In this document: in pieces, positions 57,002 through 64,000 of the stretch | Layout of the letters: the number at the start of each line of letters is the position of its first letter | Position numbering within the stretch: position 1 is the first letter of the stretch | Virus record (IMG/VR): IMGVR_UViG_3300016263_001265 | Location: 1 to 64,000 of that record | DNA: 64,000 nt | Direction: 5' to 3' (one strand) | From: a virus | Taxonomy: Duplodnaviria; Caudoviricetes | Position numbers and translations under genes: made by a program | The notes under the pieces: model-generated | The model's database searches: none | Seen by the model: the letters and a program-made list of their open reading frames with translations, nothing else | What the model was told of the DNA's origin: nothing

Positions 57002-57040
57002 AACAGAAAACCCCCGAGAACAAGTCTCGGGGGTTCTGTT
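57002..57040 (-). terminator. intrinsic terminator after the tail tube gene
   Basis: cccccgaga/tctcggggg stem with a U tract on the minus strand. Confidence 0.8.
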
Positions 57041-57062
57041 GGGCTTATGCCCTGAGCTTAGA

Positions 57063-57614
57063 TTAGCTCTCGATCTCCACGCGGACGATCTGGTCGCCAG
57101 CCGTGAGGGTCGTGTCAACAATGGCATTGAAGTCAATGTCCATCGTCGAAATGTCTTCTCGCATGAACGGGAAGTTCAGAGCCGTTGAGAATGCCTTGAA
57201 GAGGTGAACGACCACCTTCTTGTCAGGATCATCCGTGCGGCTGTGGACAAACTTCACATACATCGCGGACGGCTTGTCGTCGTACTCCGCCGTGAAGACG
57301 TTGTGCGTCGCCGTCAGGTTTCCTGCCGTGTTGCTCACCGTGCTCTTGGCAACGGTGAAGAAGCGGGCAAGGTTCTCGAAGTTGAGCTCGACCGAGCGGG
57401 CGGCTGCGGTGACGTTGCCACCGTAGTATCCGCGAGCGATCACGAAGTTCGACTGGCCGCGGAATTCCGCTTCCTGGAACTCGATGTTGAGCTCAACGTC
57501 ACCACCGACTTCGCCGATGGTGTAAATGGTCGTGTAGGTCGTCGAAAGCGCGGCTGGGTCCGCACCAGCGACCCACGGGGCGACCGAAAGGGTACCCGAT
57601 CCAAGAGTCAGCAT
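57063..57614 (-). CDS. major tail (tube) protein
   Basis: Size, position, own terminator, different codon style. Confidence 0.8.
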   Translation of the reverse strand: MLTLGSGTLSVAPWVAGADPAALSTTYTTIYTIGEVGGDVELNIEFQEAEFRGQSNFVIARGYYGGNVTAAARSVELNFENLARFFTVAKSTVSNTAGNLTATHNVFTAEYDDKPSAMYVKFVHSRTDDPDKKVVVHLFKAFSTALNFPFMREDISTMDIDFNAIVDTTLTAGDQIVRVEIES

Positions 57615-57626
57615 GCTAGTTACTCC

Positions 57627-58022
57627 TCAAACTACTATCAACTTGTATCGAAGGCGCCTTCGATACTCCAATGTCGCCTCGTCGTACTCATCTTGCTCGG
57701 CGATCTTTTTAACAAGATGAATCTTTATGCCCGATCCCGCGAAGTTCTTTGTGTTGATCAGAGCGTCAACACGGTTTGAGATCTCGCTCAGTTGCGGGGC
57801 CCCAGCGGTAGAAACCACCAGCACTTCCACTTCCGGTCGATTTATCCCAAATGCCGCATCTGACGTTCCGCTCTCGACAGAGATCTTTATCGCTGGCAAG
57901 GCAGTCCGGACTGTTGCGGTGATCGGGTATATCTTCTTGTCGTTGGCAGTCCCGCTGAGCGAGGTTTGCAAGGTTGCATCCCCGCCAAGCTTGCTGAACA
58001 GCGACTCATATATTCCCTTCAC
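57627..58022 (-). CDS. tail terminator / completion protein
   Basis: L.GD.TL...IYP...P.I pattern. Confidence 0.7.
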   Translation of the reverse strand: MKGIYESLFSKLGGDATLQTSLSGTANDKKIYPITATVRTALPAIKISVESGTSDAAFGINRPEVEVLVVSTAGAPQLSEISNRVDALINTKNFAGSGIKIHLVKKIAEQDEYDEATLEYRRRLRYKLIVV

Positions 58023-58076
58023 AAAGAAGATAGTACGCTATCTGACTCTCGCCGCAAGGGTGGGCCGTTCTACGCC

Positions 58077-58526
58077 CTATTCTTCAACGTCGTCCCAGCC
58101 CATCGGTACGGCCTTTGGATGAAGCGGCTTCGGGCTAAACGGTCTTAACGGACAATCGGTAATCCTGCAAAATCTGTCGCCAAGAGTGCAACCAGCGCAC
58201 ATGCGGTTTATGACCATCTGCCTTGCCCTTGCCTCTTTTTCCGCCTCTGGCATCGAGACCCTGAAATAGCCTCTATTGCTTTGCTGGTAGTCGAGTGAAA
58301 TTCCAACCTTTTCCATTGCCTTGGGTGGAATAGACCTTGCGCCAGTAAGCCATTGGCTAACAGATGATTTGCTGTATCCGAGCTTTGCGGACCAGTGCTC
58401 CACAAATCCCTTGACCGTCATCCCGGAGCACTCTTTTTCGGTGAGCATCTGAAACTCTCGCAGCGGACCCTCTTTCGAGAGGTGTCTCCAAAATTCGGTT
58501 TCCTTTAGTACCAGTCCGCCCATCAA
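58077..58526 (-). CDS. HTH protein with C-terminal Cys cluster
   Basis: AKLGYSKSSVSQWLTG; CAGC...C...CPL. Confidence 0.65.
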   Translation of the reverse strand: MMGGLVLKETEFWRHLSKEGPLREFQMLTEKECSGMTVKGFVEHWSAKLGYSKSSVSQWLTGARSIPPKAMEKVGISLDYQQSNRGYFRVSMPEAEKEARARQMVINRMCAGCTLGDRFCRITDCPLRPFSPKPLHPKAVPMGWDDVEE

Positions 58527-58547
58527 GCGATCCCCTTTCTTTCGGGG

Positions 58548-59000
58548 CTAACGCTGGTTGAGCCCCCTAATTGCCGGGTCGAGTCGTCCGCCGTAGTACT
58601 TGCACGTGCGGCACTCTCGATCACCGTTCTTTCTCCAATAGGTGTTTTCCCACGTGTATTCGTGTCCGTGTCGGCAATGGGTTGCCCGTAGTTTTCCTGC
58701 ATCGCCCCTCCTTGTGTTCATTCTCGGGGTAACGACCTCGAGATGCTCAAGGTTAACGCAGCCGCGATTTCTACACAAGTGGTCAATTTGCAACCCTTTC
58801 ACAATAGGGCCGTGCACGTTTTCGTAGTGCCACTTGTGAGCATTGATCTTCTTGCCGTGCTGGTCCTTGAACGCCCCGTATCCTGACGGGTCCTTTGCTC
58901 CAACCCAGTTCCAGCATCCGTTTTCGGCCTTCGAGACGTGACGAAGAAACCGCGTCAGCGGCTCGGTTCTTGGTCTCCCGCGCTTGGTTTCTTTTTCCAT
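58548..59000 (-). CDS. HNH homing-type endonuclease
   Basis: CWNWVG...GYG...DHLCRNRGCVNLEHLE...THCRHGH. Confidence 0.88.
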   Translation of the reverse strand: MEKETKRGRPRTEPLTRFLRHVSKAENGCWNWVGAKDPSGYGAFKDQHGKKINAHKWHYENVHGPIVKGLQIDHLCRNRGCVNLEHLEVVTPRMNTRRGDAGKLRATHCRHGHEYTWENTYWRKNGDRECRTCKYYGGRLDPAIRGLNQR

Positions 59001-59028
59001 GCAGGGAGTATAGCATAACGTTTATCGG

Positions 59029-59238
59029 CTATTCGCTCTTGGAGATCCTCAACGGCATTGTGACAGCCCACGCAATTGTAAGAACAAGAAGCGTACCGCC
59101 AACGAAGTTTCTGGTGTCTCCGTCTGGAAGGACAATCCAGCCGATAAGAAGGCCAAAAATCGTCCACGATTGGGCAATAAGATCGTTTGCAATTGCCCCA
59201 AGAGTTTCCCTGTTAATAATATCTAGAATGTTACGCAT
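59029..59238 (-). CDS. small 2-TM membrane protein
   Basis: Hydropathy. Confidence 0.6.
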   Translation of the reverse strand: MRNILDIINRETLGAIANDLIAQSWTIFGLLIGWIVLPDGDTRNFVGGTLLVLTIAWAVTMPLRISKSE

Positions 59239-60436
59239 TGTTTGATCTCCCCCGTAGCGTTCTTGACGCAGCGGACGCAGCCGCTACGGCTGACTGCGCC
59301 ACTTGGGTGATAATCACCGCAGCAACAATTGTTGGCCGAGCCTCTTCTCTCTCGGCCTCCGTGACATCTGATCCAAGCTTTGCGACGGCCGCAAGTGCCT
59401 CTCCTGGGGCTCCGACAATGTCTGACGCAACATCAAACACTGCTTCAACCGCAGCTCCAACAGCCTCTGCAACCGCCTCTACGGCAGCCGACACAACGGG
59501 CTGTTCTGGCTCAGGAGAAGGAACGCTACTGGGATCAGGAGAAGGGGTGATATCCGGCGAAACACTTGGCGCCACGGTTCCTTCGGGCGTCGGCTCGGGT
59601 GAGGAAGTCGGGTCTGGTGTTGGTTCATTTGTCACCTCTGGGCTTGGAGTCGGCTCTTCAGTCGGCTCTGGACTTGGGGTTGGCTCTGGGGATGGCTCTA
59701 CAGAAGGCTCTGGCGTGGGCGTAGGAGCCACGCTAGGGCTCGGCGTTGGCGGCTCTGGTGTAGGAGAAGGGGTTGGCTCAATTGAAGGCTCTGGAGTGGG
59801 CTCTGGGGTAGGCGTTGGTTCTGGCGTCGGCTCTGGGGTCGGCTCTGGGGTCGGGGTTGGCTCAACGGTCGGCTCTGGGGTCGGGCTGGGCGGCGGTGGG
59901 GTTGGGGTCCACTCTGGGGCTGGCGGGTTTGGGTCAAGCGTGGCTTCGACGTTTGTCCACAGCAGATAAAAACCGTTGTTGTAAAACTGCGCCTCTGGGT
60001 CGCCGCAGCATCGGCCCGCTCGAAGTCGATATTCGGAAACCGGAAGGTCGTTGATGATGATGTAAGAAGCCAGGGAGTATCCGCCGGTGTGCTCCGTGTA
60101 TGCGTCGTCGTTGGCGGCAATCAGGTTTCCCTGGTTGTCATACAGCCACAACATTGAGTCAACGATGTTGCCGCACCATCCGCTGGTGGTGCCTTCGCAC
60201 AGATCAGTCCAGATTTCAAGAGTTCCTGGCTCGTTGAGCGTGATCCAGTAATCCTGTGTTTCTGTGACAACGTACGGAGTCGGTTCTGGGGTTGGTTCTG
60301 GCGTAGGCGACGGCTCTTCTGTTGGCACGGGGTCGCCCTCAACGCCAAGCGCAGCACTTGGCGTTATTGCATAAACAGAAAGTGTCAGAACGATCAAAAA
60401 CCAGGTGATAAGAAGAACTTGGATATCTTTGCGCAT
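59231..60436 (-). CDS. membrane or secreted protein with PPC-like domain and PEPT-repeat stalk
   Basis: N-terminal [17 protein letters not shown] motif, (PTPE)n. Confidence 0.75.
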   Translation of the reverse strand: MRKDIQVLLITWFLIVLTLSVYAITPSAALGVEGDPVPTEEPSPTPEPTPEPTPYVVTETQDYWITLNEPGTLEIWTDLCEGTTSGWCGNIVDSMLWLYDNQGNLIAANDDAYTEHTGGYSLASYIIINDLPVSEYRLRAGRCCGDPEAQFYNNGFYLLWTNVEATLDPNPPAPEWTPTPPPPSPTPEPTVEPTPTPEPTPEPTPEPTPTPEPTPEPSIEPTPSPTPEPPTPSPSVAPTPTPEPSVEPSPEPTPSPEPTEEPTPSPEVTNEPTPDPTSSPEPTPEGTVAPSVSPDITPSPDPSSVPSPEPEQPVVSAAVEAVAEAVGAAVEAVFDVASDIVGAPGEALAAVAKLGSDVTEAEREEARPTIVAAVIITQVAQSAVAAASAASRTLRGRSNNA

Positions 60437-60654
60437 TACTTCCCCTGTACGGAGAACCAGGCGATCAGGGATCCAATTCCGGTGACGCCAAGCAGGCCGA
60501 CAATAAACTTGGCAAGCCTGTACGCACCGCGTGTTTCCGCCATCTCAACGCGCATGGCAGAAATCTCTTCTTCGATCTTATCGAGCCGATCGATGATTTG
60601 CTGGATGTTGTTTGCAGTCATACACCATCCTTGTGTGCTAAATGATTTCAGCAC
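60436..60654 (-). CDS. coiled-coil plus TM protein
   Basis: Coiled coil then a hydrophobic C-terminus. Confidence 0.6.
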   Translation of the reverse strand: MLKSFSTQGWCMTANNIQQIIDRLDKIEEEISAMRVEMAETRGAYRLAKFIVGLLGVTGIGSLIAWFSVQGK

Positions 60655-60724
60655 AACTATATGTGGTGTAATCTACTTGCGCAATACTTTTTTGCTCTGC
60701 GTTATTATTCTGCTGTTGACTGTA

Positions 60725-61393
60725 CTATGGTTTCACCCAGATATTGACATACGACTTCAGAACCGGGGCAACTCCGTTATCCAAAAAGAATGCATTCACA
60801 TATCTGTCTTTTCCAAAATAACGTTCGCAGTCATCAACGGCAATCATGCATCCAGAGCGAAGATTCTCATAGACGCAAGCTAATTCAGACAAATGATGAA
60901 GTGGCGCCCTATAGTCTCCGGTGGCATCGTAACTATCAAGAAAAAGGAGATCTATGTCCTTGAGATTTGATAGTCCCCTTAGTCCGGTTATGGAGTCAGA
61001 CTCAATAACCTCTACGTTTTTAACCATTGCCCTGCACGCTGATACCGAGTCTTTTGATATGTCAAAAGAGCGGGCGGTCCCGCCGACCCTCCCTATGATC
61101 CAGTCCCAAATAATTGTTGACTGACCATCATCTATCCATGCGCCAGGTCTTCTCACGCATCCTGTTTCTACTATGTGCACAGGTCGGTCAAGAGATAAAA
61201 GTCTTTTCCCAATGTATGAAAAAGCCTTCCACCTTGGACCCCAACTAAGCTTTGGGCTAAGCCAGTCCTTGAATTCAGAGTAGTTACTTGAATTTGAAGT
61301 CAAACTGAATTCCCTCAATTTCTTCCTCAAGCCGAGAAATGATGGGACCCCAATATGTCTTGTAGACATGCTCCACATCGTATTCCGACGCAA
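60725..61393 (-). CDS. class I SAM-dependent methyltransferase; start uncertain
   Basis: IVETG, SFDI, LLFLDS and IAVDD motifs. Confidence 0.75.
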   Translation of the reverse strand: MRRNTMWSMSTRHIGVPSFLGLRKKLREFSLTSNSSNYSEFKDWLSPKLSWGPRWKAFSYIGKRLLSLDRPVHIVETGCVRRPGAWIDDGQSTIIWDWIIGRVGGTARSFDISKDSVSACRAMVKNVEVIESDSITGLRGLSNLKDIDLLFLDSYDATGDYRAPLHHLSELACVYENLRSGCMIAVDDCERYFGKDRYVNAFFLDNGVAPVLKSYVNIWVKP

Positions 61394-62489
61394 ACCTTAC
61401 GGCTTTGCTGCGCTTATCTTTGGAGTCGCCAGAAGAAGACTTTAGTTTGTACGATTCTTCTAGCGCCTGCGTAATCTCATCTACATCCGGAACGCCCCAC
61501 CATCCCTGCTGAAATTCGTCCCATTCCTTTCGGGCGCTCACCATCCACCCTGGTCCAACAAGTTCTGTTTGGGCGGTGAAATCAGTCACAATGACTGGGG
61601 CCCCGCATGCCTGCGCCTCAATGGTTGGAACCCCAAAGCCCTCCCCTCGAGACGTTGAAAGGAACACATCTGTCTCAGAATACGCCTCTGCCATATAGGA
61701 CTGCGGCATGCCCTGACGGTAGGAAAACTGATCAACAAATACCACCCTCTCGTCTGGTGCCCCAACCATCTGCAGGTACCTTGGAATATTTACACCCTCT
61801 GTGAGGCCATAGATTTCAGTATGTATATACAAATATGCGTCGTCGTGATTTTCTGCAAATTGCGACCAGGCGGAGATCATCTCTGGGAAGCACTTCCGAA
61901 TTGGGGCAAGCCCTTTGTTGGCCGCTACAATCGTTGTCAAATGCGCATCTTTTGGAATGCCAAGATTTTTCCTAAACTCAGATTGTGTTGGCTTGTATGT
62001 CTTGGTGTCAACCGCGTGCGGCGAGTACATCACCATTGACTCTGGCATCCCAGCCTCAAGCATCTTTTCTTTTCCAAACTTAGACATGGCAATTGGCCAC
62101 TTTGGCTTACCTTCCATAGAGAAAAATCTAGCGACGCCGGGCGTCACATTGGCGTGATCAATAGGGGTCCACGCTGCAATAGGTATTTCTGACCACGCAA
62201 CATTTTGTAGCGGCCATACGTCGTATAGCATGATACCAATGCCTTTTCCTTCTGGCTTTCTGGTCATCCACCAAGCCATTTGGAGCGGAGCCAAATCCTC
62301 ACTTGCCGGACCAACCCCGTGCGGCATGACTTTTATGCCATTGTAGTCAATGCTATCCCCGCCAAGACCATAGTTTGAGGCAATTGCAACAGGGTGGCCA
62401 TCACGAAGAAGGCGTTGAGTGATAAGGTCGGTCTGAACGCCGTATCCACCAGGGACCCACGGCGCATTTGAATACCATGAAATTCTCAA
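61284..62489 (-). CDS. GT-B (GT4-like) glycosyltransferase
   Basis: TSRGEGFGVPTIEAQACGAPVI motif. Confidence 0.88.
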   Translation of the reverse strand: MRISWYSNAPWVPGGYGVQTDLITQRLLRDGHPVAIASNYGLGGDSIDYNGIKVMPHGVGPASEDLAPLQMAWWMTRKPEGKGIGIMLYDVWPLQNVAWSEIPIAAWTPIDHANVTPGVARFFSMEGKPKWPIAMSKFGKEKMLEAGMPESMVMYSPHAVDTKTYKPTQSEFRKNLGIPKDAHLTTIVAANKGLAPIRKCFPEMISAWSQFAENHDDAYLYIHTEIYGLTEGVNIPRYLQMVGAPDERVVFVDQFSYRQGMPQSYMAEAYSETDVFLSTSRGEGFGVPTIEAQACGAPVIVTDFTAQTELVGPGWMVSARKEWDEFQQGWWGVPDVDEITQALEESYKLKSSSGDSKDKRSKAVRFASEYDVEHVYKTYWGPIISRLEEEIEGIQFDFKFK

Positions 62490-62510
62490 CTTATCCTCCT
62501 TACGAAATTT

Positions 62511-62744
62511 CTACTTTAGGATGGCAGAAATCTCTTCATCCGTCAAACCGACTGCCTTAAGCTTTGAAATCGCAGAAGCCTTAAGCGCTGCAGCTTCGGC
62601 AGCCGCAGCCTCGGCAGCAATACGATTTGCTTCGTCTTGTGCAGCAAGCGCCAAGGAGTCCGCAATTTCCTGCTCAGTCATTGGACGGGTTACCTGCTCT
62701 CCAGTTGCGCAGTTTACCTCAACAACAACATACTCTTCGCTCAT
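62511..62744 (-). CDS. small tail-fibre-associated hypothetical protein
   Basis: EVNCATGEQVTRPMT.QEI pattern. Confidence 0.65.
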   Translation of the reverse strand: MSEEYVVVEVNCATGEQVTRPMTEQEIADSLALAAQDEANRIAAEAAAAEAAALKASAISKLKAVGLTDEEISAILK

Positions 62745-62757
62745 ATTAACCTCCTTT

Positions 62758-63558
62758 CTATTTTAGCCCGTAGGCGTATGCCGCCCAGCGTCTAATTGTA
62801 TTCGATGATCCCCATTGAAACGAGATTGATGTAATCTCCGCCGATGCAGTGGTGCTATTTACGCCTATGGTTCCCGTTGAATAAAACATTGTGTTAAAAC
62901 TTGGGCTCCCTGTCATTGCGCACGACTTCAGTGTGAATGGTTTTTCTGCCTTTGCTTGGTTTGCATAGTCAAAAATTGTTAACTCTGCCCACGCGACTTG
63001 GTTTGTCTCGCTGCTTGCGGTAAACAAAAGCGGGTTGTTGTCGTCTACAGTAGCCGCGGTTGCAAGAGCTGTTGATGATGCAGTATTTCCCAATCGCTGG
63101 AATGAAAACAATCCGTTGTTTGCAGTTCCCCACGTAAGACCGTTGATGGACGTAATATATACGGATTCGCTTGTACTTCCAACCTGGCAATACAGGATAA
63201 ACTTCACCGCTTGAAATATCTGCGGGATTGAAGTAAAGCTTAATATTGGCTGTACCGTTCCGCCAGATGTTGAAACAGAAGAACCTAGGTAAAACATATT
63301 TGGGTAGTGATCTGCCGCCCATCCTACGCCAGCCGTCTTAGTGCTGTCGGCCTCGAGCAAGAATCCCGGACGGTTCTCAATTGGTATGGCTACCGATGTT
63401 GACCCAGTTGAACCAATAATTTGACCAGCACTGGTTACACCAAATGTCTGAGCAGCTATTTTTGTGTCAATATCTGTGGCAAGGTTTTGCGTATCTGTTG
63501 CAATGTTTACTGCATCAGATGACAGCGGATACCGTATTCCGTTTGTCGTTGTTGCCAT
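62758..63558 (-). CDS. putative tail fibre / virion protein
   Basis: TTNGIRYP...D.QNLA.DID N-terminus, Ser/Thr-rich. Confidence 0.65.
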   Translation of the reverse strand: MATTTNGIRYPLSSDAVNIATDTQNLATDIDTKIAAQTFGVTSAGQIIGSTGSTSVAIPIENRPGFLLEADSTKTAGVGWAADHYPNMFYLGSSVSTSGGTVQPILSFTSIPQIFQAVKFILYCQVGSTSESVYITSINGLTWGTANNGLFSFQRLGNTASSTALATAATVDDNNPLLFTASSETNQVAWAELTIFDYANQAKAEKPFTLKSCAMTGSPSFNTMFYSTGTIGVNSTTASAEITSISFQWGSSNTIRRWAAYAYGLK

Positions 63559-63559
63559 C

Positions 63560-64000
63560 TTACTTCACCCCGTACAACTTAAATATGCCGCTTGCAAAAG
63601 TAACACCTGTTGTGGTTATGCTTGAGATTGCCGTATTGCCTTCTGCATACCTTACAGAGCTCAGCGACAATACACTTGCCAGGTCTCCACCAACAAAAAA
63701 TGCTGCTGTTGATCCGGCGGTGCCGTGGGCAATTCCGGTAGTTGCGGTTCCGGGAGAATACCACAAAGATCTGGTCATATAGAGATAAGCGCCATCGTTA
63801 AAACTTGTTGCGGCAATTGTTCCGGCAACCCCACTATTGTACGTGACGATAGATGTGCCGCTTGTTGTGACGCTTGCCGCAGTCCATGTTCCGTTAATGC
63901 CAAGTGCCGTTCCGCTATATCCAGCAATGACAAATGTATCGCCAGTCATCAGGCCTGGTCTTTGCGTTGTGGAAAGATTAATTGTCACGGTTCCATTTGT
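63560..64000 (-). CDS. C-terminal part of a virion fibre-like protein (truncated by the window)
   Basis: Frame open to the window edge; ends FKLYGVK, like YAYGLK of the next gene. Confidence 0.6.
   Translation of the reverse strand, partial: TNGTVTINLSTTQRPGLMTGDTFVIAGYSGTALGINGTWTAASVTTSGTSIVTYNSGVAGTIAATSFNDGAYLYMTRSLWYSPGTATTGIAHGTAGSTAAFFVGGDLASVLSLSSVRYAEGNTAISSITTTGVTFASGIFKLYGVK

Noticed and set aside
30-63782. Many overlapping or antisense ORFs in the track (e.g. 299-853, 2294-2992, 19777-20535, 24984-25883, 32594-33268, 47800-48738, 59238-59969)
   Set aside because: They are shadows of well-supported genes on the other strand or frame, lacking SD and motifs.
1-64000. Retron, DGR or transposon
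   Set aside because: No reverse transcriptase, transposase or TR/VR pair was found.

Overview
Part of a tailed dsDNA phage genome with siphovirus-type tail genes; no terminase or integrase is in the window. (1) 1-19.1 kb is an accessory or early region of about 40 micro-genes, most with their own promoter, leader hairpin and SD. It has two convergent arms. The rightward arm (1.3-12.1 kb) has 19 copies of a fixed-geometry 38-bp hairpin element (GTTC-N3-10-bp covarying stem-NGCG/CGCN loop-stem-N3-GAAC) just upstream of sigma70-like promoters. Its cargo includes DUF1281, DUF932 and JAB proteins and two apparently non-coding cassettes. The leftward arm (12.1-19.1 kb) has 14 one-gene units with a strikingly constant ~500-bp period, each headed by a template-strand GGA-triloop hairpin, (GTTA)n tracts and an ATMGAAC operator-like site. 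(2) 19.2-30.4 kb, minus strand: DNA metabolism and replication genes (GT2, MazG-like, SSB, RusA-like, DnaC-like, PD-(D/E)XK nuclease, SSAP, HTH, HNH) and a portal fused to extra domains. (3) 31.3-36.3 kb, plus strand: head genes, including a prohead protease fused to a Dps/ferritin domain. (4) 36.3-64 kb, minus strand: phosphoesterase, histone-like peptide, lysis genes, a 2218-aa tail protein, a 3474-aa tape measure protein, frameshifted tail chaperones, the tail tube gene and glycan-modifying enzymes. The best candidate for a new system is the hairpin-headed, size-constrained gene-cassette array. All family calls are motif recognition by eye, not database searches.
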